Made by a program: the position numbers and the translations under genes. A stretch of 63,748 nucleotides of DNA, filler included, from Octopus bimaculoides (Eukaryota): assembly GCF_001194135.2 (NCBI RefSeq). It is 6 parts of 5 records of this genome, joined end to end, with 100 filler letters (N's around TTAATTAATTAA, not from the genome) between each part and the next. Parts side by side here need not be neighbours in the genome. Positions count along the whole stretch, not along the records: positions 21,524 to 36,875 come from NC_069000.1; 5 more parts are not named here. One strand, 5' to 3'. The notes beneath the pieces are model-generated. The model was given only the letters and a program-made list of their open reading frames with translations, searched no databases and was not told the origin of the DNA. Positions 23,452 to 35,652 of the stretch are shown piece after piece. Each line of letters begins with the position of its first letter. Positions within the stretch are counted from its first letter, which is position 1.

Positions 23452-23810
23452 ATAATTACAATAATAACACAAACTGAGCTACAGCAGCAGCAACAACAAC
23501 AACTACAACAACAACAACAACTACAACAACAACAATAACTAAACCGAAGCCAATAGTTGTAAAACAATAACAAAAACAACGTTAAATGCAACAGTTGCAA
23601 CACCAACACCAACAACAAGTATGACGACGATACAGACCCAATATATAACAACAACAACAACAGCAGCAGCAGCAGCAGTAGCAGTAGTAGCAACAACAAC
23701 AACAAATGTGGCAAACCATTTGCAACAAATGCAACAACTACTACATTATTACGAAGGATATCAACAGAAAGTCTTTACAACAACAATAACAAAAACGACG
23801 ACGACAAATC
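23452..23810. repeat. (CAA)/(ACA)/(GCA) low-complexity tract
   Basis: Degenerate trinucleotide repeats. Confidence 0.9.
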
Positions 23811-24904
23811 TACAGAACCGACATCCGTCATTCGAACATTAACTGTGAGTGATATTGATAAAAACCCCACTCCCCTCGTACATAACCTTTTCAAAGTCAC
23901 TCCCTAGCCACACACACACACACACACACACACACTCCTATCCCATCCATATATCCAAGTCCTATTTCAGCCATTTGTCCCGGAGTTTAACGATCCGCCA
24001 TTGCAAAACGTTTCGCGTGCCTCGCCTGTCCGTGCCAACGACCCACGAGACGGTTCAGGCTTAACCTTTGATCTGTTTAATCCATTTCTTTTCAGCAATC
24101 TAACCCGAAAGCAGTTTGATTTATGTATAATTCAATGTAGTATTAACAGACTGGCCGTTTGGTTGACCAAATTCTCAGACCTCTCTTTCACCTCTCCTTC
24201 AACTGACCAACTACCAACCGAAGCAATTATGCACATCACTAGATTTTAGTAAGCTACACGTTCCCTTATGTACACAGCTCTACTTCTCTGTCTATCTGTC
24301 TGCCCGTCTATCTATCTATCTGTCTGTCTATCTATCTATCTATCTATCTATCTGTATATATACATACACACACACATATATATATGCATATATATATATA
24401 CATACGTATATATAGTATATGTATATACACATATATGTATATATACATATATACATGTGTATATATGTACATATATGTACATATGTATATATGTATATAT
24501 GTGTGTCAATAAGCCTCTCCTCTGTCGTTAGACTGTACATTTCCTACAATACACAAACTATATGAATATGTAATGGATACGTACGTGGGTGCGTGTATCT
24601 GTGTTTGTATGTCTGTATGTGTACATAAAGTTGATATTTGTAGGTGTATGTGTGCAATATATAGAGAGATAGACAGAGAGACAGTCAGAGAGAGACAAAG
24701 AAAGAAAGAAAGGAAGAAAGAAAGAAAGAAAGAAAGATCGAGTAGTTCTGTTTATCATGAAACTGTTACATCTATAAATCTATTCATTTAATTTCACTCA
24801 TTTCTAACTCATGACCGTTTCATACTGTAGAATACAACTTGGAGTAATCTAGTAAAATAGATCACACATTCGCATTTTACTTCCTCACATGCTACATATA
24901 TAAC

Positions 24905-25232
24905 AACGCGTGGCTTAGTATTTCGAGTAATCGGCTCACGATCGGAAGGACGTAGGTTTGATTCCCGGCTTGTGCATTGCATCCTTGAGCAATACATTTT
25001 ATTTCACGTTGCTCCAGTCCATTCATCTGGTGGAAATGAGTAGTACTTATATATTTCAAATAGTCAGCCTTGTCCCATTCTGTGTCACGCCGCAATTTCC
25101 CTGAGAACTACGTTAAGTGTACGCGTGTCTGTGAAGTGTCTGTGAAGTGCTCAGCCACTTGAATATTAATTTCAGGAGCAGGTTGTTCTGTTGATCGGAT
25201 CAACTGGAACTCTCGTCGTCGTCGTGACCAAC
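24905..25232 (+). mobile_element. Mosaic SINE: S4-type CORE head and body with an S3-type tail
   Basis: cgcgtggcttagt..ccttgagcaatacattttatttcacgttgctccagtcc (as at 55607), followed by gtcagccttgtc..gagaactacgttaag..ttgatcggatcaactggaac (as in the S3 3' end). Confidence 0.8.
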
Positions 25233-25896
25233 AATAACAACTCAACATATGTATGCATAAACTGAACCGCAAACTTTGGCCTCATACACATGTAGGGACA
25301 CTTAGTCAAAGTTCTGGAAATAGATCTTTCTTTTTTGTAAGTTCAAATCCCAACGAAATCGGCTTTAATTTTCGTCCCTCCTGGTTCGACTGAATTAGCA
25401 AAAGTGAGGTTGTAAGTATATATATGTTCCTCTTCTTTTAAGGTGTTGGAACTGTGCCTATAAGTACCGTACTGATAAACAACGTGTTCTGTAGGTCCAT
25501 TTGTCTAAAACCTTTCCAAGCCGATGCTCCAGCATGGCTACAGTCCAATAACTGCTACAAATAAAAGTTAAAATGAGTTGAGGTATTTGAGAATACAGTC
25601 GTGACGGGTAAATATAACAGGACGTTAAATCACGTTGAATCAGACTAAATTTTATAAGCGAAAATCATATAAACAGTAAGAAGAAAAATTTGTATAACAT
25701 ATTTTATTCAATTATATGTGTATATAATTGAATCTCATATAAAATGATGTCAAATTTAATTATCTAAAAATTAATCAAAGGCATGTTGTGTTTTTTTTTA
25801 GTTTAAGCAATTAACGAATTTTTGTATAAAATTTTATTTAACATAACTTAAACAATAAAAAAAAATAGAAGGAAAAAAGTAATGAATGGTATATTT

Positions 25897-25929
<33 letters not shown>

Positions 25930-27912
25930 AGGAAGGAAGGAAGGAAGGAAGGAAGAATCTCGCATATCTATAAAGATGTGTAGACAGACTTGGAATTAAT
26001 GTCGAAAAGCCATCTAGAAACGACTAATTTCATCTTGGATGAGGGGGAAAAAAATGTTTCGTTTTGAAGATCAAGTGCTTTTGAATCGTTGCTAATCATT
26101 CCGTTGGATGAATTTGGCTGTTTGTCAGGTAGTTCATAAATGAAGCAGTCTCAGCGTTACTCAGATATGTGTTGTATGCCAGTAGGAATGCTCACCAAGA
26201 CTTTGCAGAATTCCAGCGACAATTCAGGACTCAAGCAGTATCTAGCTAGCTAGCTAGCTAGCTGGATAGATAGATAGATAAATAGATACATACATACATA
26301 CATACATACATACATACATACATACATACATACATACATACATACATACATACATACGTATGGGGTTNNNNNNNNNNNNNNNNNNNNNNNNNNNNNNNNN
26401 NNNNNNNNNNNNNNNNNNNNNNNNNNNNNNNNNNNNNNNNNNNNNNNNNNNNNNNNNNNNNNNNNNNNNNNNNNNNNNNNNNNNNNNNNNNNNNNNNNNN
26501 NNNNNNNNNNTGGATAGATAGATAGATAAATAGATACATACATACATACATACATACATACATACATACATACATACATACATACATACATACATACATA
26601 CATACGTATGGGGTTACTATGAAATACGATGAAATACATTGTTCGACCTATGATTTATAGCGACATTAACGGATTAAACTGTGCGTTGTTAATGACTAAA
26701 TGTATGATGTATACTTTCCAATTGTGGAGTATTTGTGCTTTTGTAAGTTAGACAATGAAAGATGGAGGAATTAATCGATACTTTTTACGCATTTGACTGC
26801 CGATGTCGCAGCATGAACAGTTCATTCCCCATGTCTTACAGCGGCGCAACCCAACCTCTCCGTGGCAACTCAACCTGCAACAAATCGCAGGTAAACTCAC
26901 TGAAATCGCATTCAACCGTCTTTAAAAAAAGAGGAAGGTCATATTGCATACTAGCACTAAAACAACTCGATGGCCTTTACCAGAATACATTTGATCACTA
27001 ACAATTTTTCTATAAAGTTTTGCTTTGTTTTGCTTCATATGCTACATTGTTATTACTCTTTGTACAGTAAACTGATGAGAAAGTGTTATACATGTATGGT
27101 CAATATAAAAATTATTGTCGTGAAGTTTACAACTATTAAGTTTTGTAATCGACTTTATGAATCACATTGGTCATTAACAGTTTGCTCACGGTTTTACACG
27201 TTTGTGGTAAGTTATTGATATAAAAAAGGTTTTAACTTTATGTGATTTTTTCTTTTTTTTTTTTTTTTTTTTTTTTTTGTAGCGTAAGTTTATGATTGGC
27301 TAATGCAGTTTGACATCTGTTTTACGAGATTTTTAAAAGGCATCCATCAGTTCTTTAGTAATATCCATTTAATTGCTATAATACACTTTACGCGTGATTT
27401 GTGTAGTCTTAATAGGTGTGATGCCTGGTGTATTCGTTGCATTGTATTTGCGGTTTATTACTATTATTTTGTTAGAATACCCGTTGTTGATTAGTATTTT
27501 AACCCATCAAGATTTTCTTTTTTTTTTTTTCTTTAATCCAGTGCTTCGTTTATGAAAGAAAATTTAAATGCAATTCTGAGTGAGGATTTTAATGACGTTT
27601 TGTAGCTGTGTAGATATTCACTAATTTCAAGAAAATATATGTATTTGTTTGTGCCTTTTGTGCTATGTTGTACTGCAAGACTATTGGTATTGTTCTTCAT
27701 CCAAAATTTCTACCTAGGATTTCGGCACAAAAATGTTGGTATCCTTCATCTGGAAAATATGCAAAGGTGTCTTTTGATTTAAGGCGGGATCAAACATGCA
27801 TAGACAGAAATTAGAAAAATATGTACAACCTAACAGAGAGAGGTATCGGGAACGTGTGAACAGTGTGACACTCTGAGACATCAACAGGCACTGATGGTAA
27901 AGAGAGACAAAT

Positions 27913-27988
<76 letters not shown>

Positions 27989-28015
27989 TAAGATAGATAG
28001 ACAGATAAGATAGAT

Positions 28016-28047
<32 letters not shown>

Positions 28048-30460
28048 TAAGGAAAGGAGTGAGTGTAGGCGCAAAATAGAGCGAAAGAAAAACACTGAGA
28101 GAGAAGGGGGAGAGATAGAGAGGCGATTCTTACTCAATTTCCGCCAAGAGAATTCCACATACAAGGATTAATCCAAGATGGTGGGACAGTAGGTTCGAAC
28201 TTGCCATTATCTGATCGAGTGAAAACTCTTCTAAACCGCACAGGTATTCTTACACTTGTGGTCGTATCAATTGAGAAAATTATTTTCCTTATTGATGACA
28301 GAAGGGTTAATACCAAATAAATGTGTAGTTTGCGTGTGTTAATATCATAATGCTAATAGCGATGATGATGACTACGATGATGATGATGATGATAGTAATT
28401 GATTGTCAGTTCAATTAGGACAAGTTATTAATAATGGCACAACAGCTCTATCTAATACTGTATGTGTTGCCAATGTTACTGGATTCTGCTATCGCTTTAA
28501 GTGCAGCAGGTGCAAGAAATAATTTTAAATTCCGTGGTGTCAGCACTAAATTTAATGTTGTCACTTATAAATGTATCATTTATATATACGGAATAAACTC
28601 TATGGCTAACTGGAATATTGATAGGCTGGAGTCTGTTTGCGTGCTGATTCAGGTTATATCAATGCTGAGTGTAAGGAGACAAAACAACGAAGAATGTACT
28701 AATGTGTTTATGTATATATATCCAGGAATAAATAGCTAAATATACGTCTGGNNNNNNNNNNNNNNNNNNNNNNNNNNNNNNNNNNNNNNNNNNNNNNNNN
28801 NNNNNNNNNNNNNNNNNNNNNNNNNNNNNNNNNNNNNNNNNNNNNNNNNNNNNNNNNNNNNNNNNNNNNNNNNNNNNNNNNNNNNNNNNNNNNNNNNNNN
28901 NNNNNNNNNNNNNNNNNNNNNNNNNNNNNNNNNNNNNNNNNNNNNNNNNNNNNNNNNNNNNNNNNNNNNNNNNNNNNNNNNNNNNNNNNNNNNNNNNNNN
29001 NNNNNNNNNNNNNNNNNNNNNNNNNNNNNNNNNNNNNNNNNNNNNNNNNNNNNNNNNNNNNNNNNNNNNNNNNNNNNNNNNNNNNNNNNNNNNNNNNNNN
29101 NNNNNNNNNNNNNNNNNNNNNNNNNNNNNNNNNNNNNNNNNNNNNNNNNNNNNNNNNNNNNNNNNNNNNNNNNNNNNNNNNNNNNNNNNNNNNNNNNNNN
29201 NNNNNNNNNNNNNNNNNNNNNNNNNNNNNNNNNNNNNNNNNNNNNNNNNNNNNNNNNNNNNNNNNNNNNNNNNNNNNNNNNNNNNNNNNNNNNNNNNNNN
29301 NNNNNNNNNNNNNNNNNNNNNNNNNNNNNNNNNNNNNNNNNNNNNNNNNNNNNNNNNNNNNNNNNNNNNNNNNNNNNNNNNNNNNNNNNNNNNNNNNNNN
29401 NNNNNNNNNNNNNNNNNNNNNNNNNNNNNNNNNNNNNNNNNNNNNNNNNNNNNNNNNNNNNNNNNNNNNNNNNNNNNNNNNNNNNNNNNNNNNNNNNNNN
29501 NNNNNNNNNNNNNNNNNNNNNNNNNNNNNNNNNNNNNNNNNNNNNNNNNNNNNNNNNNNNNNNNNNNNNNNNNNNNNNNNNNNNNNNNNNNNNNNNNNNN
29601 NNNNNNNNNNNNNNNNNNNNNNNNNNNNNNNNNNNNNNNNNNNNNNNNNNNNNNNNNNNNNNNNNNNNNNNNACACACACTCACTCAGAGAGAAGGAACT
29701 AGATATGTGTTTATGTGTATTTTGACAGATAGATAGATAGATAGATAGATAGATAAACAGAGAGACAGCAATAATTTAACTAATTAGGCTGTTGAATGAG
29801 ACAAAAGAAACAATTTCTCATAAATCGCTGTAAAACATTTAATCTCACCGTGATCCGTCGAACAAAAGAAAATTAGTCATTAAATATCGATATATTTCAT
29901 TGAATCGGACAGACTGATAAGAGAGTGTTTAACTTATCTTGTAAGCCACGCATATAAGTATTGCATTTTATACCAATTCCATAGAGGAAATTACCATGGT
30001 ATCGGTACATCCATACTAATGGTGACAAGCTACGACAAGCCCAGTGTTGTCTTCACCAGGACGTGACCCGCATTCTTATGTTTGTTTTTTGTTTAATTTT
30101 TATTGAAACTTAAATAGTTTCTCGCAGATCAGTTTTTACAAGAATGTATTTTCGAAACGTTTTAACCCTTTTCTGTTTATGATTTAGTTATTGAAAATGT
30201 CTTTATAATCAAAGGGGTTCCAGACGCTATCAATCCATCGTATTTTCAGACGTAGTGTGTCCAACAGTAGTGTATCTTTGGCGAAAGAATGTTAGATCTG
30301 ACTGTTGTTTGTAGCAGGTCAAGTATCTAGACAAAAGGAATTTAGTTTTTTTGGAGCACCGCTTTGAAATCAATTCTAGTACATATTTTTTTAAAAGTCT
30401 GGTACATATCTATCAAACTCTTTTGCTGAACCGCAAGTTAGACAGACCTACAGACAAACG

Positions 30461-30532
<72 letters not shown>

Positions 30533-30585
30533 CAGACGGACGGACGGACAGACAGATAGATATGTCTATTTGTGTGGGGGTGAGC

Positions 30586-30633
<48 letters not shown>

Positions 30634-31730
30634 CTGTGTGTGTGTGCGCGTGTGTAAAACCCATCCATGCATATATATACGCACTCACACTTAACAGGCG
30701 TTGTGCTTCTTCCATTAACACTACCACCACCATTACCATCATCGTCCGCACTGCTAAAGTCATAACAAGCTTCACCACCAGCAACCACCACCACCACCAC
30801 CACTACCATCACTACCACCACACCACATTACAAGATTCAGTTTTCAGGGAAAGAACTTCACGTCATTATTTTTTAATTTTCAGCAGTCAACGTATCCTTC
30901 CCAGCTGCATAGAATTCAATAGAAAATATATATCTAGTAGTACTAGTACACTGGATGTGACAATATCGTCAGCTGGCTAACACAGAACCACCATACGATG
31001 TAAATACGACTCGGCGTAAGTTTCTTAAACTTCCAGAATAAAAGGAACCACTGTACAAGTAACACTACCTTCAGTCATCCAGCTGTGTCGTAGCATTCAA
31101 TGTTCGAAACTGATAACTTGAATAATTGGCACAGCGGGACACTTCAAACGCGTCTCTCATCCTCTCCTCATTAACAACGTCAACAGAAGAGGTCATCAAA
31201 GTTCATCCGCTCAAACCCATGCTGGGACTCAACAACGTTCTTTCTACAGCTTGCCGTAATCTGACTTCACTGATTGGGTTGTACAGATAACTCAATTTAG
31301 CTTACATACAGATAACACATAAGCTCTTACTTTTTTTTTTTCGTTTTTGATTTGTTTTTGTCTTTTTCTTTTTTGTTTTGTTTTACTTTCATGTTTTAGT
31401 TCTGTTATTTTTCTTTCTTTTTTTTCCCCCCTTTTCTTGCTCACTTCCGTTATTCGAACAGAATAACCGAGAGTGAAGACGTGCGGGATTTCTTAATGTA
31501 AAAATACGTAGTTAAGAGCAGTCTAAGATGCTGAATGTTGTAAGCTAAAAAGAGAAGGCAAAAATCAAATGATTTCTTTTTCTCTTGAACCCAAGGACGC
31601 AAAGAGCTTGTTACCTATTAGTCACCGAAATCACGGCACTATCTCCTGAAAGGGACGCCGATCCTTTGCAGAAATCAAGGCCAGCCATTTTTGAGGGGAG
31701 GGGACATGTTGATTATATTGATTCCAGTAT

Positions 31731-31975
31731 TCTTTTATTCTTTTATTTGTTTCAGTCATTTGACTGCGGCCATACTGGGACACCACCTTTAGTCGAACAA
31801 ATCGACACCAGGACTTATTCTATAAGCCTAGTACTTATTGTATCGGTCTCTTTTGCCGAACCGCTAGGATACGGAGACTTAAACACACTAACATCAGTTG
31901 TCAAGCCATGGTGGGGGGACAAACACAGACACACAGACACACAGATACACGCGCACACACACACACACACACATG

Positions 31976-32030
<55 letters not shown>

Positions 32031-32425
32031 GAGAATTCACAAAAAAAACAAAAGACGAAGACAGGTGGTGTAGACAACAAACAGATGTATTAGTATAACG
32101 CTTGGGAAGGGAAAATGTCTTTAACGTTTCGAGCCTACGCTCTTCCACAGAAAGTAACACAGAAAGTAACACAGAAAGAAACAAGGAGAGAAAAAAAGAA
32201 TGTGTAGTGCCTAGCGGTCTATCATGGCGAATATATATATATATACATATATATATATACACGACGGGCTTCTTTCAGTTTCCGTCTACCAAATCCACTC
32301 ACAAGGCTTTTGTCGGTCCAAGGCTATAGTAGAAGACACTTGCCCAAGATGCCACGCAGTGGGACTGAACCCGGAGCCATGTGGTTGGTAAGCAAGCTAC
32401 TTACCACACAGCTACTCCTGCGCCT
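31731..32425 (-). mobile_element. SINE family S2 interrupted in its internal (TA)n by a PLE-like insert
   Basis: S2 tail at 31731-31935, CA/TA tract, foreign 32028-32231, TA tract, then CORE and head at 32260-32425. Confidence 0.92.
32028..32231 (-). mobile_element. Penelope-pLTR-like element with a hammerhead-like motif, inserted in (TA)n
   Basis: (TA)n on both sides. Minus strand reads CTTT-CTGTGGA-A-GAGC-GTAG-GCTC-GAAAC-GTT-AAAG at 32119-32154. Homologous to 814-973. Confidence 0.7.
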
Positions 32426-33454
32426 TGACTAATCGACCCCGAAAGGCTGAAAGGTAGAATTAACCACGATAGGAGTTGAACTCCAAACATATAGAGCCGG
32501 AAGAAAAGCTACTTAGCATTTTGTCCGATGTGCTAACGATTCTGCCATAACGCTGCCTTGCTTGGAATTACACTCATAATGAAAAATAAAGTTATTAATG
32601 TTGATGGTAGTTTGCTTTTTTCTTTCGTTTTTTCTTGGGCAGGGGAGGCTGAGGAGAAAAGTTTGACATTTAAATTGCTATGAAAATTGAGCAAAATTAT
32701 ATAAGGAGAGGACGTATCTGATCTTTGGTAGCGAATACGCTTCAGCCTGATTCGACTGTTTTTCAATATATTTTGACTTGTGTAGAAAGCATAACACATC
32801 GTATTTATTGACTGAACACTACTTTACTTGAGTGAAAACTTATCTGGCATTCCGTCCAAGGAACAAAGAAAAGGGAGATAATGATTTGTTTGAAGATGAA
32901 ATTAACACAATGCTATTATAAACAGCCAGATGTCGCTTGGATAGAGATCAATTGTAATATAACCTAGATCACTATACAGAATATTTACCTACGTAAATAA
33001 CGTTGACCGTCATTCTGCTGTATGCTAGCCATAAATATCAATAGCTAACAGGAAGTACACAGTTGCCTGTAGATTCAGTCCGTGTAAAAGATGACAATTC
33101 TAGATGGATTAGTAACAGGTGTGTACAGCATTACTATCGTGAAACTGATAAATGCTTTGTCCCCGGTCTAACAGGATGTTTTTAAATCGGAAAAGAACAG
33201 AAGCCTCATCAGCAAAACTAACGGCAGTGCAACATCACTGTGACGGGAAGGCACAGTTCATAGAGACCTTCATCCATGATATCTTTGTAGTCTTTATCTG
33301 TAGAAAGATAAAAAAAATTTAATCAGGAGTTTAACAATAAATTGCTATTCAAAACTGGTTTGTTATATATCTTGCTATTGTTCAACAAATATATTTAGCA
33401 GAATTAATTAAAAAATATTAGGTTGTTAAGTTAACAAAGAATGGTCTAGCAAAT

Positions 33455-33486
<32 letters not shown>

Positions 33487-33526
33487 CAGACAGACAGATA
33501 GACATAGATGGATAGATAGATAGATA

Positions 33527-33830
33527 CATTTCTTTTATTAGCCACACAGGGCTCACCAAAGATGGGACAAATACAATGTAGAGCTTTTCTTTCTGGGAGG
33601 GGGAAGGGGAAAAAAAGGTAGTAGGGGGTGTCGATCGAAAGGGATCTTAGGAAGGAAAAAGGGGGGATTTCGATCAAAAGGGATCGAGAAAAAATAGCGA
33701 TCAATAGGGATCGTGTATCACAGTAATGTTCTCGTGTAAAAGGGGAAGGACAGTTTAGGTTTAGCCGTGAAAAGAAAAGCCTACGGAAAAGACCACGGTA
33801 ACCTTGGTCAATATTGTCATTGTTATAGAT
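33527..33830 (-). mobile_element. LINE 3' end / 3' UTR (clade uncertain, possibly L1/Tx1-like)
   Basis: Pyrimidine-rich UTR on the minus strand ending ttgtcccatctttggtgagccctgtgtggctaataaaagaaat with a poly(A)-signal-like end. The last 50 nt resemble S1 tail B. Confidence 0.55.
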
Positions 33831-34062
33831 AGATAGATAAATATGCATGCTTGTGTACGCAGTGTTGATAAAGGTGCGAGATGTTATAACGTATTAGAGA
33901 TAGTTAACATTGGATATGGCTTGTCATCTTTGACCAGTTTTACAACGATAACCAATGAAAGCAGTAGCTTTCTAATGATTATGGCTGTAGTAACGAAATA
34001 TTGAATATAATTAAAAGAAGTTGTAGAGAGAGAGGGAAAGAAAATGAATTGATAAATATGGC

Positions 34063-34160
34063 GAATGGAAAGAGAGAATTAAATATAGAATGGAAAGAAA
34101 AAATTAAATATCGAATGGAAAGAGAATTAAATATCGAATGGAAAGAGAATTAAATATAGC
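34063..34160. repeat. 23-bp minisatellite (gaatggaaagagaattaaatat(c/a)) x4
   Basis: Direct tandem copies. Confidence 0.9.
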
Positions 34161-34646
34161 AAAAAGAAAAATGTCAGAAAGATCAGGAACGCATTGAATC
34201 GGAGTGAGCGAGTTAGGCACATGGTAAAAATGAAAAGAGAAAAAACAAAAACAACAAATAATAAATTTAAAAAAGCTATATATATTTATACATATATTAA
34301 CAAATATGAAATCAATATTTACGGTCCGATTGATCTCGTATCATATTTATTGGGAATGTGTCATGAATTAAGCTTGTCATGTGGTTTAATTGCAATCAAT
34401 GTTGTGGGTTCTCTAGGTGTCCGTTTGACCTTCCTTTTATATGTTTTGTTGTTGTTGGTTTTGTAGTTGTTTTTGTTTTTTTGGTTATAGTTTTATCGTA
34501 TGACGTCAAAAACTGTCGGCTGTTGGACACTGAATACATTTATCTCTTGCATTACATTCTCTAAGACCTCTTCACTTTCTATTTTAGTCAATTCTTCGAT
34601 ACTTACTAACATTATTTTTTTTCTTTTTTTTTTTTTTTTTAAATTA

Positions 34647-34996
34647 TTATTACCTCCGCCTTAGCGAAGGCGGAGATATTGTTTTTCAGTCGTGTTTGTT
34701 TGCTTGTCCGTAGACAAGATATCTCAAGAACCACTGGAAGGATTCGGTTGAAACTTTCAGGGATATTTAGCCTCGTAACTGGCACGAACTGATTAGATTT
34801 GGGGATCGATCTGGTACCGGACAAGGATTCTGGATTATTTTTACTGTTCTTTTTATTTAATTTTTGAGAGCGGTGGAGTTTAGTTTTAGTATTCACGTTT
34901 GTGAGAGCAGTCGAGTTTATTTCAGATATTCTCATTTTAAAAATTATCTTCGGCTAATCATTGAGAGGATGTTGGTGTTGCCTTGTGGGGGTGCCC

Positions 34997-35001
<5 letters not shown>
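34647..35001 (+). mobile_element. Helentron/HINE (DINE-1-like) non-autonomous element
   Basis: Starts ttattac-CTCCGCCTT-agcg-AAGGCGGAG (perfect 9-bp hairpin), then a gtttgtttgcttgtcc microsatellite-like block, and ends gccttg..gtgcccttgtt. Inserted in a T-rich context. Confidence 0.7.

Positions 35002-35090
<89 letters not shown>
35001..35090. repeat. (TTA)n microsatellite
   Basis: Perfect run. Confidence 0.97.
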
Positions 35091-35163
35091 CACAGGTTTT
35101 ATTGACGCTCCTAGAGGTATGCATGCGTAGCGGGCTTACTATCTGCAGCCTACGGTACCATGC

Positions 35164-35194
<31 letters not shown>

Positions 35195-35224
35195 AAGAAG
35201 AAGAAGAAGAAGAAGAAGAAGAAG
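35164..35224. repeat. (GAA)n microsatellite
   Basis: Perfect run. Confidence 0.97.
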
Positions 35225-35433
35225 GGTGGAGCACTTGCATAAAACAGCATTGCTTGGAACAGCTATGAGGTGAGGGTCTGTCATCCTAGGAGTTGTAGGG
35301 TAACTCGGAGTACTAACAACCAAGTTTGAGAAATATGTCGGAGAAATCGGAGTTGACATTGAGAGCAGAGCAAGCCCGCCAAAACTGCTCTGCTGGGCAC
35401 AGCTAGAATTTTGAGATTGGTACCCGGGTGTTG
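35225..35433 (+). mobile_element. Two tandem R4/Dong-like RLE C-terminal stubs
   Basis: RVEHLHKTALLGTAMR*, then SVILGVVG*LGVLTTKFEKYVGEIGVDI/..KTALLGTARILRLVPGC*. Confidence 0.75.
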
Positions 35434-35616
35434 AATGGCTTCTACGATAATTAAAATCCAATTATCAATGCTTGAAATTTGTTTAAAGAGATGCTGTGAG
35501 AGCTCTGACAACAGGCTGTTGTCCGCTCTCAAAGAATCAACCAGAAGCAAAGAAAACCGAGCGCTCTGAGAAATAAAACAACGACAACAGCAATAATAAT
35601 AATATCAATAATAGTA

Positions 35617-35652
<36 letters not shown>

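Noticed and set aside
28134-28316. Minus ORF containing RSDNGKF, similar to the integrase SDNG motif
   Set aside because: A single short motif with no other integrase residues or LTR context; likely chance.
31020-31310. Possible coding exon (frames of 41-53 codons)
   Set aside because: No recognisable protein and no convincing splice-site pair.
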